A DNA stretch of 64,000 bases from Mizuhopecten yessoensis (Eukaryota), in the NCBI RefSeq assembly GCF_002113885.1, contig NW_018408914.1:256731-320730 (forward strand), in the 5' to 3' direction. A program made the translations under genes and the position numbers. Under the pieces are notes generated by a model, which was not told where the DNA came from, did not search any database, and saw only the letters and a list, made by a program, of their open reading frames with translations. Shown in pieces: positions 11,611-24,460 of the stretch; within the stretch, counting starts at the first letter, position 1; every line of letters begins with the position of its first letter.

Positions 11611-14411
11611 ACGATTCCTGTACATAAGCTCTTGCTCGTATCCGGCACAGCACCTTCCAGTCAACCTTGTTGTCGTGTACTTTTACGCGTTTGACACAGC
11701 CACACAACCATTAGTAATCATTTATTTGTCGGCAAAAACAATTTAAATTTAACTTATTCAGACTGAAACAAAATTAAACGACTTTGTATATTATATTTGA
11801 ACTTTAGATAGTAGTTGAATTCACCGGATGGCACGTGCAGACTGATGTTTGCTGCCCGGGGGGTACTGATGACAATTGTACCTGGCCCGGGGCTACTGAC
11901 AATCCACGACCTACCCGGAATCACAGATGCACTCTATTCAATGTGTAAGTGGTATCTTACCGATAACCTGATCTAGACACACGCTTTGTAGTTAATCAGA
12001 TGTTCGTTTTGTTTCAGTTTATACCATAAATATAAAACCGCATAGTGCATACCCGGAAGTGATGACACAACTGATACGTTACTCGTACTCTAGACTTAAG
12101 GTTTACTCATCCGTCCTTACTGGGAGCCAGCAGGTAGCAGTTGGTCTTCAATTCATAGATATAATTTCAATATTTTTCACATCAAGATTGTCATGTAAAG
12201 ATTATCTAGTCCGGAAACGGTGTCTTAGACCGTTGCACAGAGCACAGCTGTAGTGGGTAAACAAATGGCGCTGTCATCACTCGGGCGCTAGTGTCACCTG
12301 AATTTATGTTTTCATTCAATTGAACATAACTTAAACGGAAAAGAGATTATATATATAAATTCTATTACAACATCTAAAGACCTGTTTGGTACAGCGATTG
12401 TATTCTATCGAATCATCAGTTGACAGTGGTGGTGGTGGTGGTGGTGGTGGCCTTTTAGACAATATATAAGATATGTCCAACATGAGGTGGCTTATAAGAC
12501 ACCATCTCTGCTGTTTTGTCTAAAGTCCTGTTGTGAAAGTCATTTTACAATCTAAGAATATATCTGTTGCTGATAGTTTCGCTACTTTTACACATTGTTT
12601 TGCCACGTGACATGACATACGTAATATTCTTAACCACGTGACATTAGCAGTAGCGTTTCTATAGTGACCACGTGACATATGCACTTCTTATTATTATTTT
12701 GCAGTATCATGAATTATCAATTTGGTAAAAACAAGTGTTAATAGCCCCCTGTAAAACTTTAAGTGTTATATTGTATATGTGATGACGTAAAGATGTCCGT
12801 ATCACTACGCGCGCGATATTGACTTAACGACTACATAGTGATACCGTCAGGGCGCATTTCGGACGGTGACTGGCTATGCCCGGGCTCATTTAAATATTCT
12901 AATTCGATGTCGATCAAACGTCATTCTAAAACAATAATGTCCAAATTTTCAAGTTTTTCTTTCTTGGGAAAATCGGCCGTTATATTTGATTGTATAGTTA
13001 GAGATATTGTTGAAAATTTGAGAAATCAAGCACTTGTATGAGGGAATTCCCAATTACCGGCATTCAGATCCTATAAAGACAAAGCAACATGGATTATTTT
13101 CACAAAAAACACAAAATGTGCAAATAACAGACACCGAAGTATGAAAAAAATAATTGATGATTCAAATATAAAAACTATAATATAACATACTATGTATAGC
13201 ATACTGAAAGAAACATTCCGCTTATATCTACCTGGATGGTCAAGTGTTTTGGGACTATTACATTACTAGTGTAGTACATAGCAATGCGATTGTGTTATAA
13301 AAGTGTGTAGAACTGTTAACTGTTTTATGTTTTATTGTGTCTAAAACACGCATTATATGACCTGATATTGAATGAAACTGTATTTTAATCTTCAAAACAG
13401 CTAATCTTTCCCTCCCCCACTTTTAAAAAAAATGCAGTTTTTTGTGTATAAAAAAAAAGCTCCTACCTAATCTCAGTTGTAAACTAGAATTGCTTCAGTG
13501 CCTATCACAAACACATTCGGAAATTGTAAGTTTTGAACGATATATCACATTTAGATGCGATTGGACTATAAATAAAGCATCAGCAAATATGATGTATTTG
13601 GAAACCGGGCTTTTTAAATTTTTAAAATGTAATAAAATAGAAAATGAAATGGTTTCCTGTTTAATAACAAATATACTTCATAAATAGCAGTTTGAAAATA
13701 AATTTTCTTTATTATTCACGCAATATCATATGTTTGTACATTATGTATATTTGCATATTAATCATGACAGATAATAAGTTCTGTTATTGTCACTTTCACA
13801 CGTACAACGCATAAGTTCACATGATGTGCGAGTCGTACATAGGCTCGAACACCATTCAATGGCTATGTCACTAGACGCTATATTAAGCGTAAGCCAAATG
13901 GTTAGAACTGCACTTTTATACGTATAATCATATAAATACATTTTTGAAAGTTTTTACATTCGTGCGATATTGTTTACGCATAGTCACAAATTAAGGGTTA
14001 AGATCATAAACAATCGCTCCGAAGATCTTGGAATATCAATAAAAAATAGATTAAAAAGAAAGAGTAATCAGTAAATTTCTAACGGTTGAAATGCATGTAG
14101 TTTTATTCTCAGACGTGATGGATGATTTCTGTAATATCAAAGAAACTTAAAGACTAGATTTGACATTAAGCTATAGAAGAGGCGATACGATCTAGCTTAG
14201 TTGTGACACATTGGACAATGTGCCACTTCTCAACAAATTATTACAAAACTATATGAATTGCATTAACAGCAGGATGAGCGACGATATTCAGATACTAATC
14301 ATCAGCGCATGCGTCGGCTCAGCAGTGTATCGCAGACCAAATACCGCGAAATGGAGAAAGTTTATATCGCCATGGTAACGCATCTATTGTCAAGACGGCG
14401 CACGGGCGGTT

Positions 14412-14423
14412 AAACAGCTGTTT
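14412..14423. promoter_or_regulatory. Palindromic E-box AAACAGCTGTTT in PRDM13 proximal promoter/5' region
   Basis: Perfect 12-bp palindrome ~120 bp upstream of the ATG in a CpG-rich stretch. Confidence 0.4.
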
Positions 14424-14537
14424 CGTATCGAAGTGTTCACAGACCAGCACGGATAAAAGCTCGCTCAACTGTCATAGCATTTCATTTTCACATTAAAAAT
14501 TACACCGGTACACATCCGTCAAGTTGGGTAACCGGGT

Positions 14538-14732
14538 ATGACAGAGTTGACTGATGGGAGACCTTCAGGGGGAGGGGAAACAAGGCGGAGTACCCCCGGG
14601 GACGGCAATTCGGGTGTGGCTGCATCCACCGATGTTCCAGCTCAGGTCACCGCTGGGCCATACCCCGGGGATTTCAGCCTTAATTTTACCAGAAATATAG
14701 GCGATTACTTAAAGGTGGAGTTTTTACTGGAG
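14538..14732 (+). CDS. PRDM13: PR domain zinc finger protein 13, coding exon 1
   Basis: GVAASTDVPAQVTAGPYPGDFSL resembles the start of the PRDM13 PR domain; donor GAG|gtacgt phase 0 (alternative in-frame donor AAG|gtggag at 14714). Confidence 0.8.
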
Positions 14733-14889
14733 GTACGTATATATTTTTAATTTATTTTCTTTCCAGTTTCACTTATTTTCAGAACAAAATACATTAACCA
14801 AATTTTATCAAAATTGTTTTCAATTGATTTGAAATATCAAAAATAAATCAAGAAAGATTTGATCAAAAAAATGTCGCAACGCATTTTAT

Positions 14890-16150
14890 GAATTTATTCA
14901 ATTTATTCAGTTAGTGTTTCTAAACTTGTAAATTCGAAGAAATTTAAGTGACGTATCATCTTTACAGAAACATACAAGAATATGTTTATATTTACAGAAA
15001 GATTAAAAATCGAGCAAAAAGGGTTTAGGGAAACGAAATATATATATATTTATAAAATAATAATTAATTATGTTTATAAAACAATACAGAAAAAATAACA
15101 CAAATAACGAAGTCTTCGTTTAGCATTAGCGCTTTCAGTGTTCACCAGTACATCAGACTCCTGGTTGCGATATTTGGAACATTTTGAACACAACACCACA
15201 AATGTAAACATAGTAAACAGGATATTTACATATGTACAAAAGTCACATTGGTCACAGGAGAATGAACAAACTGTCATATATCTGATCGGCGCTTACTTGC
15301 CTCTATCAGATACTTTCCAAGATTACATATTCTTTAGTATTCGGTGTATTAAGTAATTGAACAAGCTTATATACACTAGGGTAATTTCTATAGTAACATT
15401 TTAACTACTTCCGTCTTAAATCTGTATATCTTGTGCAAACTAAAACAAAATGAAACTCGTCTTCTATGTCATTAAGATTACACTTTGTACATAATCTATT
15501 AGTTCTAACAGTGCCAACATAACGCCCAGATTCAATGTTTAATTTGTGAGGTGACAGCCTAAGTCGAGCAATTTCTTTCATATAACCGATATTAACTGAT
15601 TTTGTTAGATACGATTGCAGTAAAATTGTATTGTTTAATTCTCTGTAAAGCATACCTTTAGATATACCTGTAGTTAAACTTAGTTAAAAAATGTCAAATA
15701 ATCTTGCCTTAATAATTAAAAAAGTGAAATTGTTTCCATTCTGAGTGTCCCAGATATATCCTAAGCCTAAACGATACAATTCATCTTTTATTTCACGGAT
15801 TCTTGATTATCAGCATATTTTCATAACAGGATTTCAAAATAAAGTGTTCGGTATTGAGCAATTTAAACCAATATTTAAATATTTTAAGTTTCCTTGTAAC
15901 ATGCAATGGATAACGGCCTAATTCGAAATATACCATCATATTCGGAGTGGATTCGTGCACACCTAGCAACCTTTTACAAAAATCTACAAGTAGTTTTTCG
16001 ATGTCGGGGCCTTTATGGAATCCCCATACTTCTGATCCGTAGTTGACTATACTACTGACATAAGTATCAAACACTACTAATTGAGTCTCAATATTAAAAT
16101 ACTGTTTTTTACATACACCCAATAATGCAAACAAAGCTTTTCCAACTTGA
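14890..16150 (-). mobile_element. 5'-truncated, decayed non-LTR retrotransposon (LINE) 3' end in PRDM13 intron 1
   Basis: ORF pieces 15793-16134 (YGSEVWG...FCKRLLGV...ELGRYPL) and 15405-15653 (RLRLSPHKLNIESGRY...CTKC...EDEFHFVLVC, C-terminal CCHC-type motif) with stops/frameshifts; repeated tgaataaat tail on the - strand near 14890-14910. Confidence 0.85.
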
Positions 16151-16859
16151 TAACTAAATCATCGGAGTTTTATTTACTAAGATAAAAAAGAGATTTGGCC
16201 GGGACCGGAGAAATACGTCGAGATAAACGGGGTCTCCGAGTTATAAGAGTTCGCGATAACGATAAAAACGTAAAAAAATCAATCATTGAAGATCTTACGG
16301 ACCACTTAAAACTTTCCTCCAGTGATGATTTAAACAAAACAAAAATCGTTTTGGTTCTTAACAGCAAATTAATCAAAGAACTGTGAAGGAATTCATAAGT
16401 TTGTCAACAATAGGCATCTGTATTGAACTAATTTCATCCACCACAAATATTGTATTTTAAGTCTAGTTATTGATAATTTTAATTGATACAATTAAAGATT
16501 TGTACACATGTCTGTACGCCTCGAACGAAACCCTACACAGATCTATATTACATCGTAAGATTAAATAAGGGAGCGTATCGTGCACATATATGCCAGCAGC
16601 TTAATACAATGTTTCGTCATCATATATAGGGAAAGTGATAACTTTGAACGCCGTCAAAGATTGATTTGTAAATAATACAGGGCGCCGTATAAATGGTGTA
16701 TATAATTAAATCAATTAAATTGATGAACGGATTGTAATATCATCTGTGATAAAAACAGAAGCAGAGACAGAGGAGTGTTGACAAAGCACCGTCTTATTGT
16801 ATACACTAGGTTAGCAGGCGACGAGGATTACTGCGATGCCAGTACTTTTAGTGTTAATT

Positions 16860-18400
16860 ACTGGAGTAAAAGGGACAATTCTGTCGTACAGTACCAGTAT
16901 AAGGGATGCTGATTGTGGGGGATCAAAGAGACAATCCTGTCTTACAGTAAACGTACTATTGATGTTAATTACGGGGGATGTAAGGGACAACCCTGTCTTA
17001 CAGTAAAATTACTATTGATGTAATTACGGGGGATGTAAGGGACACCCCTGTCTTACAGTAAAAGTACTATTGGTGTTAATTACGAGGGATGTAAGTGACA
17101 ACCCTGTCTTACAGTGAAAGTACTATTGATGTAATTACGGGGGATGTAAGGGACACCCCTGTCTTACAGTAAAAGTACTATTGGTGTTAATTACGAGGGA
17201 TGTAAGTGACAACCCTGTCTTACAGTGAAAGTACTATTGATGTAATTACGGGGGATGTAAGGGACAAACCTATCTTACAGTAAACGTACTATTGATGTTA
17301 ATTACGGGGGATGGAAGGGACAACCCTGTCTTACAGTAAAATTACTATTGATGTAATTACGGGGGATGTAAGGGACACCCCTGTCTTACAGTAAAAGTAC
17401 TATTGGTGTTAATTACGAGGGATGTAAGGGTCAACCCTGTCTTACAGTAAAAGTACTATTGGTGTTAATTACGAGGGATGTAAGGGTCAACCCTGTCTTA
17501 CAGTAAAAGTACTATTGGTGTTAATTACGAGGGATGTAAGTGACAACCCTGTCTTACAGTGAAAGTACTATTGATGTAATTACGGGGGATGTAAGGGACA
17601 CCCCTGTCTTACAGTAAAAGTACTATTGGTGTTAATTACGAGGGATGTAAGGGTCAACCCTGTCTTACAGTAAAAGTACTATTGGTGCTAATTAAGGGGG
17701 ATGTAAGGGACAACCCTGTCTTACAGTAGAAGTACTATTGATGTTAATTACGGGGGATGTAAGGGACAACCCTGTCTTACAGTAAAAGTACTATTGATGA
17801 CAATTACGGGGGATGTAAGGGACAACCCTATCTTATAGTAAAAGTACTATTGATGTAATTACGGGGGATGTAAGGGACAACCCTATCTTACAGTAAAAGT
17901 ACTATTGATGACAATTACGGGGGATGTAAGGGACAACCCTGTCTTACAGTAAAAGTACTATTGATGACAATTACGGGGGATGTAAGGGACAATCCTGTCT
18001 TACAGTAAAAGTACTATTGATGTCAATTACGAGGGATGTAAGGGACAACCCTATCTTATAGTAAAAGTACTATTGATGTAATTACGGGGGATGTAAGGGA
18101 CAAACCTATCTTACAGTAAAAGTACTATTGATGTTAATTACGGGGGATGTAAGGGACAACCCTGTCTTACAGTAAAAGTACTATTGGTGCTAATTAAGGG
18201 GGATGTAAGGGACAACCCTGTCTTACAGTAAAAGTACTATTGATGTCAATTACGAGGGATGTAAGGGACAACCCTGTCTTACAGTAAAAGTACTATTGAT
18301 GTTAATTAAGGGGAATGTAAGGGACAACCCTGTCGTAAAATTAAATTACTAATAGCGTTAATCAGGGGGACTCGAAGAGACAACCCTGGCGTACAGTAAC
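16860..18400. repeat. 55-56-bp minisatellite (taattacgggggatgtaagggacaaccctgtcttacagtaaaagtactattgatg)
   Basis: About 25 near-identical units with degenerate edges. Confidence 0.95.
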
Positions 18401-20626
18401 TTTACTAGTGCTGATAACGAGGATCTAATGAACAACCCTGTCATAGAATATCAGTACTAGTGATGTCAATGGCATTGCTCTAAGGGATACCTTCTCATAC
18501 AGTTATAGTACTATACAGTGGTACATTCGTACAGTGGTATTACTAGTAGTGTAATAATACTATAGAGATGGAGATGGAGTGTCCTAAAACACAGACCTGT
18601 CCTACTGTAGTATTACCAATGGTGTTATAATATTATAAATCGGGAGTGTCCTAAAAGACAGCCCTGTCGTACAATAGCTGTACTACGGGTATCAGGCACG
18701 GTCGCCCTGTCATTGTCAGAACGGTCCGATAGTGTCACCAATCCGCACTTTATTTGAAGGAATAAAACCTTAAACTTGTAATTACCGAGATCTCCGCCAC
18801 TCATACCCGACGTAAACATGGTAGTTTACTTGTTATAAAAACACTGGAGTACAAATTACCCTTGCTTGATTAGAAAATGGCATTTTTGACAAAATCGAAA
18901 GCTGGAGCTGTCACCGACATGACCTGAAAGTGGACAGTGAAGAGCCATCCAACGATGAAATGTACATTCGCGGTCGCGTGCTGGACGATGATTGGTTGAG
19001 ATCAAGTGGTCTCCGCCTTCCGTTGGCGCGTGCCGGTACAGAACATCGCCCAGATACCACATGTCACGCGCATGGAACAATATTTTGTTTTAATTCTAAG
19101 ATCTACACATCAGTATCAACCAACAATATAGCAGACGTTCACTGATTCATTTATAATGTTGTAAAGAGTGGTTGTCAGTTTTTATCATTGCGTTAATATT
19201 GATAGTGAAGTTTATTGTGTGGACAACATTGGCAGCTAACTTTTACGTCCTAATTTCTGTAAACAGTTAATAGTAAATTATTTGGTCTGATTTTAACCAT
19301 GACCTGTCAAACGTTATTCTATAAGAACATCCCGAGTTCTAAATCTTGTGATTTATGATGCAAAACTTGTGACCTTTTTTGTAATAAATCTCAAAATGGT
19401 ATGTAGGTTCTAAATGGTAGAAAATATTATTTGCATTCAAAAGCGTGTTATTAGGGATTTGTAGTTTATATTTGAACAATTTGCGATTTTTTATTCAAAA
19501 TATTGCGTTTACATTTGAAATCTTGTGAATCATCATATGATACAAACAATCTTGGAAAAAGGCGATGACCACGATCAGATTAGGCACAATTCCATATTAG
19601 ACAAACAACGCCAGTTTACTTTCATACAGAACATGGTTAATTAAGTGAGCAAGTAGAACAGTTCCAAATATATTTCACAAGATTTGAATATACACCACAC
19701 TGCTTTTTAATATGGTTTTACGAGATGTTCCGAACTTTTATATATCAAGATTCCGAATGTACAACACGAAATTGATACTAAATGAAAAAAATAGTGAGGA
19801 AATAAACCGCTTTACTAGGAAAAATAAGCACAATTTTAAGAAAATAAATTACAAGATTTCAAATTCACAAGCATTTTCTTCTTGATCGTTGGATCGCATT
19901 TTCAAATTAGGTAAACTTTGTAATTCAGTCGTTATAATTCCATATACTGATGAGTATACAGAAAGAACTACTAAGAAAACCCTTTACGCACTTGTCTCAA
20001 TGTAATGTTGTATAGGTCTCTGTTTTTATTTGTTAAAATGCCGAAAGGTGGTGACACCGCAGACTTAGAATCTGATTCCTTGGTGACAAGTAGATGGACG
20101 GGTAGTTACATGGCAGGTATCCTCTTCTTTGTACAAATGTCAACTCTACATCGGTTACTTTGTCGAGAGGTCGTTTGATACAGAAGGTTTTGGGTTACTT
20201 CAGATCCGTCCGGGATCAAGGGTTTCAAACCTCGCGCGTGTGGGGCTAAGCCCAAAGCCAAACACTCGAGCCCACCGGCCACGTATAGAGGTGGCTACTC
20301 TCTGTCTCGTGTTACGGCCACTGGTCCAGCCGGCAGGACTGGTCAAACAGTGCCGCTCTAACTCCCGTCTCCGGTCAATGGTCGGACAATAGTTCGGTGA
20401 AAATGACAATTTCACAAATCTCCGGAAGACAAACGATCTCAAGTGATGTCAAATACGGAGAATGTCGCCCAGTTACCGATAGGGTGTGGATTCATTTGTT
20501 ATATTGATGGATCAACTTTCATAAGGAAGAATCTTACAAATATTTACAGTAGGAAACCATTTAAATTTTATGTTATCTAAAAGTGTTTGTACTATTAATC
20601 AGTTTGTGTAACATTTTCATCACCAG

Positions 20627-20897
20627 GTGAGGTACAAGAATGACACGATCTGTCTCGATATTGAATCAACCAATGAGCGACTCCAAAAGATCGAATCATC
20701 CAATCAGTGGCTCAGTCACGTACAGCCGGCACGAGACCGACACGAGCAGAATTGTGAATTTTATCGTAATGAAAATGGAGAGATTTTACTTCGAACTTTA
20801 AAGAAGGTGGAGAGTGGAGAACAGCTACTAGCCTGGTACAGCGAACAGTTGGCACGAGAATTTGCCATTCCGTTTCTAGGACTTCACAATATACTTG
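20627..20897 (+). CDS. PRDM13: PRDM13 coding exon 2 (PR/SET domain)
   Basis: NQWLSHVQPARDRHEQN...GEILLRTLKKVESGEQLLAWYS is a PR-domain core; caccAG| phase-0 acceptor, G|gtgagt phase-1 donor. Confidence 0.93.
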
Positions 20898-21182
20898 GTG
20901 AGTTGAATATTTTAATACTCGCTACGTCACGCATGTATATTAAAATACAAGTTTAACATTTTATTCAGATTATAGTCTGCACATGTTTAATACAATAAGT
21001 TAAAAAAAATCAATTGCAAAATTGAACAGAACGGGTTGAACGAAAGTTTTACCAAGTTAGTAAGTCCTCTTTGTCGTACGATTATCGTACACAGAATATA
21101 TAAATCTTATACAAAAATCGAGTTGTTGTACTTAATTAGATTTAAAAGACACGATAGATTCCTATAATCACCGTAAGTATGT

Positions 21183-21215
<33 letters not shown>

Positions 21216-21499
21216 TAGCCTCTATTTTGTTTGTTAAAGTGGTTTTACGTCCTCAGTCTCAGTTTGTCTTTGTTCACGTCCTTATTACCCCAGTTATTGT
21301 CCTTAATTAGCGATGTACACTTCCTCTATCGTGGCCGTCGATTAGTTACTAATATAAGGTCTAATAGGATCACGTATTACGTATCAATTATATTGAGGTT
21401 GAATCAAGGTAAAATGCTGCTACAAATGGACAAAGCGTCATCTATGAAACACTTTGAATCCATTCGTTATACACAACGACACAACGACACAAACCCCCC

Positions 21500-22110
21500 C
21501 ACAAAAGTCATACATTAAATACCACACAATAAAATTACAATAGTCATACATACATCACCACACAATACAATCACAGTAGTCATACATACATTATACATAC
21601 ATAATTACCACCTAATAAAATCACAGTAGTCATGCATACATTATACATACATAATTACCATGTAATAAAATCACAGTATTCATGCATACATTATATATAC
21701 ATAATTACCACGTAATAAAATCATAGTATTCATGCATACATTACCACACAATACAATCACAATAGTCATACATACATAACCACACAATAAAATCACAGTA
21801 TTAATACGTACATTAAATACCACGCAATAAAATCATAATATTCATATATATATTAATTACCACACAATACAATCACAGTATTAATACGTACATTACCACG
21901 CAATAAAATCATAATATTCATACAAGCATAATTACACAATAAAAAATATAAAATTTACAAAATTTATACATACATTACCACACAATAAAATAACTTTATA
22001 TAAAAAAAAAACATCAACACACAATAAAATCACAATATTCTTGCATACATAACCACACAATAAAATAACACTATTTATACATACACTACTACATAATAAC
22101 TTACTATCAT
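21500..22110. repeat. Degenerate AT-rich ~35-45-bp repeat (cacacaataaaatcacagtagtcatacatacattac)
   Basis: Recurrent cacacaataaaat motif. Confidence 0.8.
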
Positions 22111-22378
22111 GCATATATATATATATATCATCTTTATTTCCTTCAAATTGGAGAGCATGATACAGTCCATTATCCAGTTTCGCTGATATACATGACATCG
22201 ATTCTTTACGATTACTGTGGAAATATGGTTATATTTCAAATTTATGTATCGCAAAACTGTAAAACAATTATATAGTAGGTCGACATCAAACTAAACGCTA
22301 CATAATGTTTTGATCGATCTTCTGTGTTATGCTTATTTTAGAACTTGATTGACTGAATATTTGTATTGTCTTACTTAG

Positions 22379-23472
22379 GTAACCAGCAATACGTGTGTGA
22401 CAGGTGTGGGCAAACGTACACACACCCCAACCCACTGAAGCTTCACCTGGTGACCCGCTGTAACAAGGGACTGACCACACCCACTAAATCGTCCAGTATG
22501 CCGGACAGGGACATTCTGTTCAGACCCTATCTTGAGTGCAGCTGTCCTAACAGTAAACCAGACCGAGTGCCACCAGTTCCTGGTCCCAGCCACACACATC
22601 GTCAACCTTATCACAGCCACTGCGTCACCAGGCCGCTGCAACATGTGACAACATTAAACAGATCCAGTGCAATTGGTCAGCAGCAACTTAAGCGTGTGTT
22701 TCCTTCCGAAAATCTTCGTCCAGTCAATCTATCATTGAAGGAATCGCATGGAAAATCGAAGATAACCTTCCACGAGAGTCCGTTCCTCCGGCCAATACAG
22801 ATTTTCAACCACGGTCAGCCTCAGGTGTTTCCCTTTTCAATGGGAACGATGACGTCACCACCGTACAGGTGCTGTGACGTATGGGCCCCATACAACGCCA
22901 TATTGTCCCATCACCATCACCACCAGCAACAACACTCAACTCTCTGGGCAGGTAGACAAACAAGTTCTCATGCGCAACAGTTAGCAAACAACAGACAAAG
23001 CAAATGCCGGGGCAAACAAACAGCTGTCAATCTTCCGGTTCCGGTTGCGATGCCGTCTGAAGCGGACGGAGAACCGTTGGACTTACTTCCGAAGTCATTT
23101 TTTGCAAATAAGTCAAAGAAAGGACACTATTGTATATATTGTGGGAAACTTTATTCACGAAAATATGGTCTTAAAATTCACCTGAGGACCCATACAGGCT
23201 ACAAACCATTGAAGTGTAAGGTTTGTTTGCGACCTTTCGGCGACCCCAGTAATTTGAATAAGCATATCCGTCTTCACGCACAAGGTGAGACACCATATCG
23301 CTGTGACTATTGCGGAAAAGTTCTTGTTCGGAGGCGAGATCTCGAGAGACATATCAAATCCCGCCATCCGAGTGCTACAGGGAGCAATTTTGTGATGTCA
23401 CGTGACTATTCAACAGATATAGACTCGCCATCAGCAAAACATGACAATGACCAGGAGATCGTGGTCGTGTAA
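22379..23472 (+). CDS. PRDM13: PRDM13 coding exon 3 (C2HC-type ZF1, poly-His linker, three C-terminal C2H2 fingers)
   Basis: CIYCGKLYSRKYGLKIHLRTHTGYKPLKCKVCLRPFGDPSNLNKHIRLH...CGKVLVRRRDLERHIKSRHP is the PRDM13 signature; acceptor ttacttAG| phase 1; joined CDS 195+271+1094=1560 nt = 519 aa. Confidence 0.97.
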
Positions 23473-23569
23473 AAGCGTGTCTTCTCCGGTGTTCTTCAGC
23501 TTTAACTTGACTTTTTGTGATAAACTGTCTCCATCCATATGGTATATATAAAGGTATCTCATTATCACT

Positions 23570-23935
23570 TGTATATGTTACTTGTCGAGTGCATACACGT
23601 ATCTATGTTACTTGTCACGTGTATACATAGGCGTATGTTACCGGTTATGTATCGTATTTTACCTGTTATGTGTATCACACATATATGTGTTACCTATCAC
23701 GTGCATACACGTACATGTATTTTACGTGTCATATGTATGCTACCTGTCACGTGTATATACACGTATGAATGTTAGTTATCACGTGTATACACGTGTGTTT
23801 GTTACCTGTCACGTGTATACACGTATGTATGTAACCTGTCACGTGTATACACGTATGTGTGTTACCTGTCACGTGTATATACGTATGTATGTAACATGTC
23901 ACGTGTATACACGTATGTGTATTACGTGTTACGGT
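23570..23935. repeat. 30-bp minisatellite in probable PRDM13 3' UTR (gttacctgtcacgtgtatacacgtatgtat)
   Basis: Period 30; core units contain the palindrome ACGTGTATACACGT. Confidence 0.88.
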
Positions 23936-24202
23936 TAAACACGTAAGAATGTTAGCCGAAAAGTATGCGTTGGTAGGATTATTGTCATACGTGAATATAT
24001 ATGAATAAATATTACCACTCAAATTATTGCTCCATTGTTTTTCCGTATCAGTCCTAATAGAACGCCAGTATTTCAATTGTTTTGTTCATGGACTTACAAA
24101 AGTAATATTGAAAACCATGGTATACTGGTACTTATGACAACGAGTTACACAACTTGTTTTCATATTGGCCTAAACAGGAATGGCAACAGCTACTTATTTT
24201 AT

Positions 24203-24249
24203 ATTTTCGCACGGAATTAGATTAGATTTATCTAAGTCCGTGATTTTCG
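24203..24249. mobile_element. 33-bp transposon-end relic with 7-bp TSD (putative P-superfamily excision footprint)
   Basis: attttcg-CACGGAATTAGATTAGATTTATCTAAGTCCGTG-attttcg. Confidence 0.75.
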
Positions 24250-24329
24250 TGAATAGTCATTGATAAACAAAAATGTTTATATACACATTCATGTCTGCAT
24301 GTACCATTATAACAAAGGTGTATAATTAA

Positions 24330-24460
24330 ATAAATTGTAATGTTCGAAAACTGAGGAGCAATAAATATAATGTTCGAATACTGAGGAACAGTAAATTGTT
24401 ATGTTCGAATACTGACGAACAGTAAATTGTAATGTTGGAATACTGAGGAACAGTAAATTG
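24330..24460. repeat. ~31-bp repeat, 4 copies (taaattgtaatgttcgaatactgaggaacag)
   Basis: Direct inspection. Confidence 0.8.

Noticed and set aside
16165-16263. Possible Tc1/pogo-type MITE end (cgagataa...gagttcgcgataac) and overlapping 63-68-aa ORFs
   Set aside because: Only one partial end, no partner TIR or TSD; ORFs have no recognisable homology.
16860-18400. CRISPR-like regular array (also other arrays)
   Set aside because: Units are contiguous with no unique spacers, no cas genes, and the context is eukaryotic.
24087-24119. CATGGACTTA...CCATG 33-bp segment resembling the P-type footprints
   Set aside because: No flanking TSD and the right end does not match the family terminus.
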